A stretch of 64,000 nucleotides of DNA, taken from contig NC_042999.1 of the NCBI RefSeq assembly GCF_006345805.1, positions 66,278,001-66,342,000 of the forward strand. The letters run 5' to 3'. Of this stretch, positions 13,621 through 26,410 are shown one piece after another. Position 1 is the first letter of the stretch. Each line of letters begins with the position of its first letter. The translations under genes and the position numbers were made by a program. Below the pieces are notes generated by a model. That model was not told where the DNA came from and did no database searches. It was given only the letters and a program-made list of their open reading frames with translations. Origin of the DNA: Octopus sinensis (taxonomy: Eukaryota).

Positions 13621-13890
13621 GATAAATAGGTAGTCGGATGGGGAGGAAAGGAGGGAGGCAGTTGAGCCAACGATAGGAAGTAGTATTGAGAACATGCAGC
13701 ATTTGTACGCGTGATGCCTTTCTATTCCACATCACTCAAACTTTCCCAGGTGCAGATGCGCGTTTACATCGTCATACGTGCATCGATAGTCTTCGTAGAA
13801 TTGAAACGTAGCTTCTGGGCTAATCCTAGAATATTTACAAGATTCCATTGATCAGATTTTGTCATGTAAATTGAGTGATAAAAGTATATC

Positions 13891-14048
13891 AGCGTGGCCG
13901 CGTGGTGAGATGCTTGCTTCCTAGCCATATATTTCTGTGTTTAGTTCCACTGCGTCGCATATTAGACAATTGTTTTCTGCTATTCCCTCTGACTGAACCA
14001 AAGCCTTGCGAGTTGATTTGCTAGACGGAAATTGAATGAACTCTGTCG

Positions 14049-14080
<32 letters not shown>

Positions 14081-14340
14081 TATGTCTATGTGTGTATTTT
14101 GTATATATCTATGTGTGTATTTTGTTTCTGTAAATGCTCTCCCATCACCGTATGACAAACGTCGTTGATGTGTTTACGTTCGTGTAACTTATTAGTTCGT
14201 CGAAAGAGACCGATAAACTAAATACTAAGCTTAAGAAATAAATCTTGATGTCGAAGTGTTCAACTAAAACCCTGAAAGCCGATGTTCCATCATGGCCGCA
14301 TTTAAATGACTGAAACAAGTAAAAGAGCAAAAGAGTAAAA
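13891..14340 (+). mobile_element. Family-B SINE (CORE-like domain, internal TA/TG microsatellite), decayed full-length copy
   Basis: tRNA-like head gcgtggccgcgtggtgagatgcttgcttcc, then ccaaagccttgcgagttgatttgctagacggaaa, an internal microsatellite, and tail catggccgcatttaaatgactgaaacaagtaaaagag. Colinear with the copy at 49745-50151. Possibly the octopus OR1 family (recalled, unverified). Confidence 0.85.
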
Positions 14341-14716
14341 TCTGCATACTATATGGTAAACCTTTATTGTCGTTAATAGTTTATCGTCTTCGGCGAGATC
14401 AAGACGTAAGTTTTGAAACTCAGTAAAACTGCTGGTGACGGTAAGAGGATGTCTCGAGTGGCAAATCGATTGGTCTACTTGTATCAGTTTTATTTATTAT
14501 GTATTGCTGTGTGATATGCATTTATGTAGGTGCTTTTAAGTTTCCATGACGTTACACAACATGTAGATAAGCTGTGTTTGTATATCCTGCGATTGTGTTA
14601 TGTCCAGTTAGAGATTAGGTTAGCTTTCCCAGGTCTACTTAATGGAGTACAAAAAATTACATACTGTTGCTATTATCCAGTTCTATATTTAAGAGATGGG
14701 GAATTATGTACAATAT

Positions 14717-14870
14717 TTACATTTGACGGATATTTGTCCTCATCTTCTTTGTTAACACAACGTTTCGGCTGATATACCCTCCAATACACCTGATGAACGC
14801 AGGAGGGTATATCAGCTGAGACGTTGTGTTAACAGCTAATAAGATGAGGACAAATATCCGTCAAATGTAA
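14717..14870. repeat. 154-bp foldback (66/69-bp arms, 19-nt spacer), probably an inverted PLE terminal-repeat pair
   Basis: Arm 14717-14782 is the near-perfect reverse complement of 14802-14870. Confidence 0.9.
14786..14829 (+). ncRNA. Decayed minimal type I hammerhead motif
   Basis: ACAC CUGAUGA a cgcag gaggguauau cagcu GAGAC GUU GUGU: stem I and CUGAUGA are intact, while stem II and GAAAC are mutated. The inverted arm retains an intact cagccGAAACGUUgugu. Confidence 0.6.
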
Positions 14871-16009
14871 CTAATGTTCTTATTATGTTAAACTGTCGTG
14901 TGTCCAAACTTGGCCAAATGGCGTTTTTCATAATATTTGATTTTGCTTGCAATAGCTGCTCCTTTTGGTCAAACTTTTGTATCTCCAGCTACTTCAGATG
15001 TCAAGATATGAAAATTGCTAAATTAGAGTACAACGGTTTAACATTTTTTTTTAAAGTGTAATAAGTCATACATAGGACAGTTTTGCAAAGCTATTTCTGA
15101 CTAAAAATATCATAGATGCATGGAGTTACGATTTTATCCACTCAATAAAGCATTATTGCTCAGCTGAAAATTGATAATGTAAAAAGAATTGGAATGATGA
15201 AACTATTTTTTTTGTTTTCTGTAGTAGCAACGTTTTGGACTTGCTACACTTTTGCTTAATAGCAATGATATAGTTTTCTTCGGAATTATTAGCTTGTAAG
15301 CTCTTGTGATGTCTGGAGGTACAATCTCGTAATGATCATGCTGGTCCTGATAACGACGATGACAACGAGGACGACGATGGCAATGATGTTGATGATGATA
15401 ATGTAGCGCTGCTACTGATGTGCTGTAGCTCTATGGCCACACATATTATGAAACTGGATATTTCTGGTTATCAGTTGGAATTTTGACTTTACAGACTGGA
15501 AAGCGTCCAAATTGATGTGTCTCCGATTCTATTGTATGACGGGATTCTGAAAGCGATACTATGTAAGAATGAAATAGTCACGAGACTTAAAAAGTCCTGA
15601 GACTTAAAAAGTTTACAAAATTCGGGAAATTCTTGGGAAATTCTGCCTATATTTGGACACGAACAATGGTCGCTTCGAGATTGAAAATAGCATAGAACAT
15701 GTTAAATTGTTTCTCTTTAACTTCGCTGTGAATTGTAGGATAAAGAATCGTAGAAATACAGTAATTAATCTGTAAAATCATTCTTCACTAGTGGGTCATT
15801 TTGTATAAGAAATAACCCTCTTGAAGATCTCATTTCCCACGGAAAATTTGAAGGATTTTTTGTCGATGTCGGTAACTACACTTATAATCGCACCTGGATG
15901 TTTCGACAGATTTCTACGGTTAATCTTCCAGGAGATACAGAAAGTTTTCTCATTGCGATACTGCTGATGTTGGCAGTGACACTCAGTATATTGAAGCTTT
16001 CGGCTCAGG

Positions 16010-16185
16010 ACCTATATATATGCATATATATATATATATATAATATTATATATATTATATATATTATATATATATACATATATATACATAAAAAAATAAG
16101 ACATAATGATACGAAGCTTTCACATGAGTAAAAAAGAGGGGCAGACAAAAAGAAAGAAAATGTCTCTTGCATCTAAAAACTATGG

Positions 16186-16239
<54 letters not shown>

Positions 16240-16280
16240 ACATGCACTTACATATATACACATACATACATACATGCAAA
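16010..16280. repeat. (TA)n and (TACA)n microsatellites
   Basis: Seen directly. Confidence 0.93.
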
Positions 16281-16676
16281 ACTACATACATACAAGTATG
16301 CATGCATCCAAACTTACATGCTTCTCTGTTCAATTTCTGTTGACTGCACTCTGATGTGCTGATATTCCTTCTCCACTTCTCACTGCTTTCTTTCATTTCA
16401 GAAAAAGTCTTAAGCAGATAAAAATCTATTTCGAATGAAATTTAATTTTCCAAGTTTACTCTGATACGTTCTCCTGGCTATATTTAACACCTTATATAGA
16501 TGCCATAGATAAATGAGTTCTTGGCAGTGCACCTCTCAAATTGGTATTGGTAATAGGAAATATATGCACCTCTGGTCCTGCATATGTGTCTGTTCAGTTG
16601 TATTTGTGAGTATATGCTTTCGTGTATATACATATACACATATATACATATACATACACGCACACTCATATACATG

Positions 16677-16716
<40 letters not shown>

Positions 16717-16959
16717 TTTTTGTTGCAAGAAACCTGATTTGAAGTCACATGCTGAAAATTATATAGCTGTATTTCGGGATGGTCATTTCTTTTTATTTAT
16801 TTTGTTTGTTTTATTTTGCGAAATAAAAAATAAAACATTCACAATATATTCGTTTCTTACTGTTCTGAAGAGCACACATGAAGAAGGAAAGCGTCGCTGA
16901 TGAAAGTGTTCCAGACAATGGACATGAGTTAGAATAAGAACAGTAATAAACGAGTGAAG

Positions 16960-17010
16960 AACGAATATATATATATATATATAATTTTCACAGTATATAT
17001 ATGTATATAC

Positions 17011-17041
<31 letters not shown>

Positions 17042-17047
17042 ATATTA

Positions 17048-17124
<77 letters not shown>

Positions 17125-17271
17125 ATATTATATATATGTACTGTGAAAATTACAAAGATAGAAAAATTAGAAAAAGTTTCATATAGGTAACTAGCCAAAC
17201 ATATTTATACATATAAGAGTGTATAAGTATTATACACAGGGAGGTATATATAATACAATATGCAACACAAA

Positions 17272-17319
<48 letters not shown>

Positions 17320-17365
17320 ATACATGTATATATATATATGTGTGTGTGTGTATGTATATATATAC
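16960..17365. repeat. Long (TA)n arrays
   Basis: Seen directly. Confidence 0.95.
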
Positions 17366-18249
17366 TGTAAAAATAAATATAATTAATATAATTAAGGTTG
17401 GTTATACTTCCTAATATTATAATTATGTATGTATATATATATATACGCGCGTGTGTGTACGTGTGCTTGCGTGTGTGTGTATGCATGCATATGTGAGAAA
17501 GTTTCTTTGTGTATGTGTAGAAAGAAGTAGACAGACGCACACAGACACACATGAACATGCATATATACACATGTATATATACATACATGCATACGTTCAT
17601 ATTATTTATCATATTTTTGAAAACTAATGGATTTGATTTTTTGATACATATTTTTATGTATGTGTGTCAGTAAAACTGATACACGAAATTCAATTTACGA
17701 TACAAAACAAATTGCAGTTTTAGTTTGGTTAAAACTGCAACGATTTCATAGCAGACCTTTTTACTGTTTGCCTTCAAAACCATTTGGTGTTATTCCCTGT
17801 GTTGTTTTAGGTTTCTGTTTCTCGTGTCAATGACGAAAGACAAGGTTGTCTTTATTTTTAAAACCTCCACACTTCCGAAATTCGAATTTTAAAGATAGTT
17901 TATTCTCCACCTCCAAATCTGTTTTGGGGATAAGAAGTTCATAGTATGCATGACGGAGGTAAAATTAGTTCAAAATAACACAAGTGCCTACCTTATCAAC
18001 TTTGTGAAAAAAACGTCAGCGTTCAAAAGTACTTCAAAATTTTTTTTAAATATATACATACGTGTGTGTGTATATAGATATATTACTGTGTGGGAGTGTA
18101 TGTGTCCATGTCTGTGAATGCATGTATTCTTCATTCATGGGTTAATAAGTCAACCAAGGGTTTCATTCGAAGATCTTCAAAAGTGTTCAAGCATGCCAAA
18201 TCCAACAGAAATGATGGTACTCGTTTCCTTTGTGAATGTGAAAACTATA

Positions 18250-18440
18250 TCTTTAGGCCGACCCAGGCCATGTATGTGGATTTGGTAGACGAAAACTGAA
18301 AATACGCGTCGTATGTACATGTGCGAGCGCGTGTGTTTGTGTTTGTCTCTCATCAACACTTGGTAACTGATAATGATGTGTTTACAACACCGTAACTCAG
18401 CGGTTCGACAAAAACTGTTAGAGACTGTTCCAGTCTTAGC
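18250..18440 (+). mobile_element. Family-B SINE, 5'-truncated and decayed
   Basis: ggccgacccaggccatgtatgtggatttggtagacgaaaactgaaa...cgtaactcagcggttcgacaaaa matches the family-B body. Confidence 0.75.
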
Positions 18441-18555
18441 AAAAAAGAACAGTACTGTGGTAGATTCATTCAACTAAAATCATAAAGTCTCGGCCCCAAT
18501 CTGGCCGAAGCCGGATGAGTGGCACAGTTAAGGTATAAGAGAAATATATGATGCG

Positions 18556-18593
<38 letters not shown>

Positions 18594-18914
18594 CTTATGT
18601 TTGTGTCTATATTTATGTGCGTAGGTTGGTATACGTATGTATGTGTGTGTGTTTAGAAATGTATAATTAAAGATTATATTCGATTTTTTTGTGGACCAAA
18701 TTAGCTTTGATATATGTAGTGAGAATTACTTCAAGTGCGGATGTATCGTTTTGCAGAGAATTTGATATATTCATTTGCGTTGTGTTAAAAATTGCCGTCA
18801 GGTTTTACTTACTCTCTTATCTTTCGCCTTTGATAAACTAGATGCAATTTCTCAAGTCCATACAATGAGCTCTACACCCGAAACCAAAAAGGATATGTCG
18901 TTGTAGAAATATTT

Positions 18915-19001
18915 GATCTATTATTATTATTATTGTTGTTGTTGTTGTTGTTGTCGTCGTCATCATCATCATCATCATCATCATCATCGTATTCATCATC
19001 A

Positions 19002-19047
<46 letters not shown>

Positions 19048-19065
19048 CATTATTATTATTATAAT
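18915..19065. repeat. Compound trinucleotide microsatellite (TTA)-(TTG)-(TCG)-(TCA)-(TTA)
   Basis: Seen directly. Confidence 0.96.
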
Positions 19066-19969
19066 TATATATCATTCAATACTGGAGACAGTTTTGTCGA
19101 TCGTTCAACCGAAAATCCAAACATACGATGTTTTCTCACTATGTCTGTCTCAGATTTCTCTACTATCTCTATTTCCTTTCCTGTTTTAAAGTTCTTGACA
19201 TCGATTTTTTAAAGCTTTATGAGGGAATTGCAAACAACGGTAATTTGGGATTCTCAAACATTTTTTCTTTCTTTTTAACTTATTTATTTTCCGACGCTTA
19301 TTCAAGAACTGTAACACATCTCTTACGAGATTGATTCTTCCTTGTAAACTACATTTTTAAAGATGTTTATATATGCTGTTTTGTAAGTTATTTGATCAAT
19401 TGATACAATATTGAGATATTGTATTATTTTACTTTAGCATATAGGGTTTGCGAAAGGTCACCCGTTAGTATATCAACATTCCATTAATACTTAATATTCA
19501 ATTTTATTTATTCCTTTATGAAAATGTGTCGCTCAAGAAGGTCTTCACTTTGAACAATTTTCATGTTGATTCATATTTAGATGCTTTTATTAAATTCATT
19601 CAGTTGTTAAACATAAATAAATCTTGGAATTAAATGGTTTTGATTTACTGTCAGGTGAATTTCGGCCAAACATTTATATTTTGAAATATTAGGCAGCTGT
19701 TACTTTTGTCCATTAAACACCATATCCAGAGATCTTGTTACTATAGATATCAAATCTAATCTATATTACTTTCACTACATTAAACATAATCACTCCAAAT
19801 ATACTGTATTTATTGTTTTGCCTACGCACACACACCCACACATTTTGTATATATATATATTCATACACAGAATTACATGCATATATACGTATATTCATGT
19901 GTTTATATAAGTTTGCACTCACACACACACACACACATACAAACGTATACTTGTGTGTGGGATTTAGTA

Positions 19970-20285
19970 TTAATCACCGTGATCACCGTGACCGACCAGG
20001 CTATCAGATGTTGCTACACATCGCTGGTCACAATGCGCTTCGCATTGTTTTAGCCTTCAAATGACGCCACCCCGCTGGCTAAGCGAGCAGGCCAACAGAA
20101 GAAAGAGTGAGAGAAAGTTGTGGTGAAAGAGTACGGCAGGGATCACCACCACCCCCTGCCGCAGCCTCGTGGAGCTTTAGGTGTTTTCGCTCAACAAACA
20201 CTCACAAGGCCCGATCTTGGAATCGAAACCGCGATCCTAGAACCGCGAGTACGCTGCCCTAACCACCTTGCCATTGCACCACCGT
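19970..20285 (-). mobile_element. Family-D tRNA-derived SINE, full length
   Basis: Minus strand has A-box-like tggcaaggtggttagg, B-box-like ggtttcgattcc, a body, and a 3' tail gcgaagcgcattgtgaccagcgatgtgtagcaacatctgatagcctggtcgg ending in (tcacggtga)2. Confidence 0.85.
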
Positions 20286-20351
20286 TATATATATTATATA
20301 TATATATATAATATATATATATATATATTATATATATATATATATATATAT

Positions 20352-20430
<79 letters not shown>

Positions 20431-20455
20431 ATATATATACACATATATATATATT
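20286..20455. repeat. (TA)n microsatellite
   Basis: Seen directly. Confidence 0.96.
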
Positions 20456-22074
20456 AAGGATCTCATGTTCATCGATCAAATTCTCCACACTTCCTAATTC
20501 TTTTCGTTAATCCTCGAGGGAATGTAGAGACGTATCACAAATGGACTGAAACCAAAGCAGAATTTGCCATGAAACTACATCTACCTGGCCTAACTGCATA
20601 TCCTTTATTGACTTTAACAGCTACAAAAAAATAATATATTTAGATGATATCATGAATCTTAGTTTGCTAATATAATGTATGATAAAGATGATATTTTCTA
20701 ATTATACACTCACATTATTCACAATATTTGTTCCTATTGAAATTATCATTGTGTCACGAAATATCTTACAAGCCTAGTCTAGATTGTTTATGTATGCAAA
20801 AGAACCGGTGATACATAAAAAAAAAACAATAAGCTCAATTTTCTCTCAATATTTGATTTGTTCTCTCTTTAATATGCCACTGGAAAGTACTGATTCAGCA
20901 TCGCTATCATCAAAAGCGTTACCGTCGTGACTATCCCATTTCTTATCTAGAAACATTATATTAGAATATGTCAGTCAATATGTCTGGTCAATAGAATATG
21001 TCTTGTAGCCATAAAAGCACCTGACGTAGCAAATCAGACAACAGTGTAGTGTCTCCTTTGTTGCTTGTACAGTAATCCACTGAGAAAAGCACACAGCAAG
21101 ACTGTAGTTCTTGTTATTTTTGTGATCGTTGTTGCTGTTGTTTTGTTAGTTTTTCTTAGAAAATCCGTCCTAATTCAGGAGACCTATGATCAGAAATGCA
21201 TCAATCACGACTGCTCCGTAACTCTCCATATTCAGGACTGGATCAAATACCGTATTCTTTCCTTTAAATGGTGTAATTAGTGGAAAGAGGGGTTTAAGTG
21301 CTATTTCAGACAGGACAGACGGCTATGTGGATGCTTCTACAGTTCTGCAGTAAAATTAAATTCCACCATGAGATTGCTGGTGTTGTTGTTTAGTCCCATA
21401 TGAGACACGTCCTGGCCTTTATCATAGATGCATTTCAATTATAGTTTAGGAGGAAAGAAACTAGATTTTATTTTCTTAAAGACGTTTGTTTACTATTTCT
21501 AGCATTGAGCGACTTTGTTATTCAGCGGTTCTCATATTTGATTTCAGGAAATTCTAAGGTTCTCCAAAGTTACTCCTGGGGGTCTGTGAGCGATGTTAAA
21601 AGCATCAAAAATCCTGCAGTGTAGAATATATAATCACTCAGGTACGTATATGTGTTCCATTACCTGTATCTCTCACCCTATAAATTACCTGCAATTAATC
21701 CTGCAATAGACTGGCCTACCGATCAGTAGGGTGTTCTGACCTTGCTCACTTATATGCCACAGAAACCGGATAGCAAGCCTGCAGAAAAATGATATAATAC
21801 TTTGAAAAGCTTGCAATCAGAGAGAAAATCCATTTAAATATATAGGGAAGAGAGGTGTTAAATTATTGGAAACCACTGAGGTATTTGCTTCCTTTTTTGT
21901 CTTGAATAAGTACCAGTAACATAGACTTAATGTGTCCCATTTAGTCTAATGTATGTGCATTGAAAATTGGTTGTTAATAACCTTCAGTTAGAATTCATAA
22001 TTAAATTCATGTTTCAGCACAACCAGACGACACACGCGATCCGATAAGACTTAGTAACAGGTACCATACCTATG

Positions 22075-22119
22075 CTCTCTCTCTCTGTATCTGTCCCTAC
22101 ACCTCTGTCTGTCTGTATG

Positions 22120-22165
<46 letters not shown>
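22075..22165. repeat. (CT)n microsatellite
   Basis: Seen directly. Confidence 0.93.
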
Positions 22166-22167
<2 letters not shown>

Positions 22168-22199
22168 TGTTTTAGCTAGAACATTCAGGTTCTGTCGTC

Positions 22200-22365
22200 C
22201 GGCTGGTAAACGGACTGCACTATTATCTGGTTGGTACTCACAGCAGTTGAATAGACCGAAGCAATGTAAAATGATGTGCTTTGCTCATGAACAGCATTCG
22301 CCGTTTAATCTTGGAATTGGACCTACGCCCATTGACCATGAGTCGAACATCGTGTTCATTATGTC
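22200..22365 (-). mobile_element. Decayed family-C SINE 5' part
   Basis: gaagcaatgtaaaatgatgtgctttgctcatgaaca...ggaattggacc resembles the reverse complement of the family-C head and core. Confidence 0.55.
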
Positions 22366-23510
22366 ATTCGCCTTTACGTAACATTAACACCATGGCGTGC
22401 CAAAATGACTAAAAAATTGGACAAATATTCTTATATTATTTTTCGTGGTTTTCATTTATAACATCAACTTTTATGAGACAGGGAAATGTATGAATGCCGA
22501 ATCTTCTATATCCAATTTCAAACATTATAAATGTGTTTGGCTGTGCCTCGTGATTAATATTAAAAGTTGTAGATCTAGATAAAAGATTAAAAAAATAAAT
22601 ATGCATTACAGTTCATGGCAACATTAAAAAAATATTTGTTTGAAATATTGATTAGTTTTCAGATGCTTTGCATTTTGATAAATTGTATCTAAATTTCTAT
22701 TGTGCATATCGATTAGGTTACTTCTTAAATCAACGATGGTCTGAGTATGTGGGAGTACATAATCAAGAAATCCAAGAAAGAGCTTCTATATGATCGTAAG
22801 GCTTGCTAGAAACAACAGCTCAAAATATCTTTGAAAATATTTTCAGGAAAAAAGGGCACATTTTATAGTGTAGTCAGATTTCGTACTTTTAAAAGAATGA
22901 GATTTTCATGATAGAACATAATTGACGACAAGACAGTTATTAGGATCTACCTAGGGTTAACCATTTTCCTATGCAAAGCAATTTCATGTCCTTCTTTACT
23001 AGTTTTCAGTCCTTTATCTTCTATTATAAGACCCAAGTTAAACTGATAGAAAATGGGTATATGGAGCATATAAAATGCATGGACGCCAGGGAATACCTGT
23101 TCTACACAGGGCAGGCAGCATTTGATTACATAATTTAGTTTATTTGTAAAGTGTGTTAACAAAAAGTAAAATATGACATCATATTTAATAATTACGAAGT
23201 CTAAGCAGTTCTCTTTGCCCGTATAACTTGAAGCATACTCATGTGTATCTAATATACGTATATCACATAAATGTATAAAAAGTACTGGTACCGGTGTAAT
23301 GGTCGAACACTAGGCCTCTAAAAGTGCTGGTTTTGTGCCAAAATTTTAAACCATTATACATGATTTTTTTTTGATTTTTCCAGTTTCAGCTTATGAGCTG
23401 TGGCCATGCTGGGGGACCGCCATTACATATATATATATATGTAACGAAATTCTAAGGTCCTCCAAACTTACTCATGAAAAAATGATTTAAAATTTGTATG
23501 TACGGTTATG

Positions 23511-23588
<78 letters not shown>

Positions 23589-24495
23589 AAAAGTAGCTTA
23601 CACATTCGAAATATATTGGTTTCAAATTTTGGCATGACGATTACGTCGACCCCACCGCCGAATGAGGCATTTCATTAAGTAGAAATAATCTAACGTTTTG
23701 GGAAGTAACACGTCGTAAGTGGAACTTGAAATACCAGGCAGTGTTAATGGATGGACTGGGCTTAGTGAGACAAGCTGAGTGGGAGAGACAAACAGACAGT
23801 CATAGATAGAAAGAAATAGTGTGTGTGCGTGTGAGAGAGAATAAAGAGAGGGACAAACGTGAGCTAAAACAGAAACAGAAGAAGATAGCGGAGAAATACA
23901 TAATTTAGATTGCTAGCATATTCAAATATGAACATTTTATATGGCTAGGCATACCTGCGTGCTTGATCCCACTGCGTAGCACATTGGAAAAGTGTTTTGT
24001 ATTGTAGCCTGGAACTGTCCGATATTTTGTAAGTGTATTTTAGTGGACAGAGACCCCTGGTATATAGAAACAGTAGCGTAGGGAGAGTTTGTGTTACCAG
24101 GAGTAGCCCATGAGCGTGTCACCTCCATCATATGGTCCCCAAGCTTATATAGACATATACAGCTGATTCAGAAGTGTCGCTTACATAAAATCACCATCGG
24201 ATCGCACCGCTCAACAGGTGTGTGTGTATTTGTATTTGTCTGTGTTTAGGTTTTCTGGGGCCATCGCAGCTTTCTGCCAAAAGAGGCTGTCTAGTCTTTT
24301 GATACCTGTCCATTGATGGAAGAAGTACTAGACAGAAAGAAATTCTAGAATCGATATGATAACCTATAATTTTTAAAGGTGGAGCTATAGAAGGCTACAG
24401 TTCAATGAATGTAAGTAATAATTGACAACGTGAATCTTGTGCAAATTTTAATTATTTGTGTTATACGTATCTCTTGCAATTTAGTATAAAGAGAT

Positions 24496-25064
24496 ATGGC
24501 GACGAGCTGGTAGAAACGTTAGCACGACGGGTGAAACGCTTAGCGGTTTTTCGTCTGCCGTTACGTTGTGAGTTCAAATTCCACCGAGGTCGACTTTACC
24601 TTTCATCCGTTCAGGGTCGATAAATTAAGTACCAGTTACGCACTGGCGTCGATGTAATCGACTTAATCCGTTTGATTACCCTTGTTTGTCCACTCTAAGT
24701 TTAGTCCCTTGTGGGTAATAAAGAAATAGGTATTTCGTCTACTGTTACGTTCTGAGTTCAAATTCCGCCGAGGTCGACTTTGCCTTTCATCCTTTCGGGG
24801 TCGATTAAATAAGTACCAGTTACGCACTGGGGTCGATATAATCGACTTAATCCGTTTGTCTCTCCTTGTTTGTTCTCTCTGTGCTTAGTCCCTTGTGGGT
24901 AGTAAAGAAATAGTTATTTCGTCTGTGTTTAAGGTCTGAGTTCAAATTCCACCGAGTTCGACTTATGCTTTTCCTCCTTTCGGGGTCGATAAAATAAAGT
25001 ACCAGTTGCGTCTAATCTACATGGCCCATCCCCAAAATTTCGGGCCTAGAGTAGAAAAGAATAT
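24496..25064 (+). mobile_element. Family-A SINE with one head, about 2.6 tandem 184-bp internal units, a tail and a 13-bp TSD
   Basis: Head ggcgacgagctggtagaa. Unit starts (ttcgtct) at 24550, 24734 and 24918, each with a B-box-like gagttcaaattcc and cctttcatcc.ttc.gggtcga..aa.taagtaccagt (resembles the Meta/MESC SINE domain as recalled). Flanks are agtataaagagat at 24483-24495 and agtataaagaaat at 25065-25077. Confidence 0.92.
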
Positions 25065-25345
25065 AGTATAAAGAAATGAATAGCGTTTTAGAGATCTTGG
25101 GCAGCCTAATGTGTGTTCTGCAAGAAGAAATTTCAGGTAATTCAGATGTTCTCTGCAATTAATAGGGAAATAGTCCCTGTAGACCTGTTTTAAAAATAAA
25201 ATTATGGGGATATAATTCCTATGAGACGAAAATATAAAGCTGATGCAGATCGGAGGTGATCTGTACTTTACTAGCCATCATTTGTAAACTAAACGTATTT
25301 AAATAAGCTAAACATGCAAGGCGGCGAGCTGGCAAAATGTTTAGA

Positions 25346-25941
25346 GCAGTGCTGAAAGGAAAGTGTGTATCGTGTGATCATCGCATTGAGAATGGCAGAG
25401 AAAGTTGCACAGACAATCTGCATGAAACGTTGCCAAAATCTTGGCGATACCGGTTCAGAAGCCTACGCAAAGTTTTCAAAAGATTTTACCGTTCTTGACA
25501 CAATTAAGGAAATTTTATGCAGCTGAAACCCGACTGTCTTATTGGTCAGCTGAAAGCGGTTTTGGCACAAACTTTGCAGACATGCATCTCATACCCAAAT
25601 CTTTCATGATAATGGACTGAACCGAACCGTAACTAATCTGGAAATCCTCTAATAACTCAAGGATGCTGATTCGATGATGTCCTCTCAGCTGCACGCGCAT
25701 TTGCAATGTTTTTCTCAGTTCCTCCTGTTGCGGGTCTCCCAGAACCTTCGTCGATATCGACATATTTTCCTCCATCTTAGGACGTCTGAACCTCTCGTAC
25801 CCCTGAGTGCGGCTCATACACTCCTCTCCATACAATTTCTTCAACTTTGCCTAGGCCTCTGATTAGGAATCACCATGAAAACTTACACTGTCATGGTTAA
25901 TGTGACGATCAAACGCTACACACCTTCCTTCAAGGCACTGC
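25346..25941 (-). mobile_element. Two inverted, truncated copies of one mariner family
   Basis: Minus ORF 25539..25844 reads KLYGEECMSRTQGYERF..ISYGSVQSIIMKDLGMRCMSAKFVPKPLS (mariner HTH plus WVPR-like linker). Plus strand 25392-25482 reads MAEKVAQTICMKRCQNLGDTGSEAYAKF. The upstream leaders of the two copies align. Confidence 0.85.
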
Positions 25942-26094
25942 TGTAAACAGAGAAAGTGAGAGAGAACGTAAAATTTTAATGTGCACACAAAATAGAATTG
26001 AAGGTCAATCTTTGCAAATCGGCTTTATTCGGTATGCTCTAGCTTTGTTACTATTGCCACAGTCCGGCCAATTACTGATCAGATCTCGTATGCA

Positions 26095-26118
26095 TAACGT
26101 ATATATATATGTATATAT

Positions 26119-26208
<90 letters not shown>

Positions 26209-26327
26209 CACATACATGCATACATATATATATATATATATATACACACGCATTAATACACAGACACACACACATACATACATGTATGTATGCATAATAT
26301 ATATATATATATGTATATATACACACG

Positions 26328-26362
<35 letters not shown>

Positions 26363-26410
26363 GTATTGAGAGAGAGACAACAGATATGTAGAGACAGATA
26401 TATATATATA
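26095..26410. repeat. (TA)n/(CA)n compound microsatellite
   Basis: Seen directly. Confidence 0.95.

Noticed and set aside
14892-15250. Possible MITE with degenerate terminal inverted repeats
   Set aside because: Only about 12 of 17 terminal bases match and there is no clear TSD.
24496-25064. Regularly spaced repeats superficially like a CRISPR array
   Set aside because: The units are contiguous 184-bp SINE segments with no unique spacers; eukaryotic context and no cas genes.
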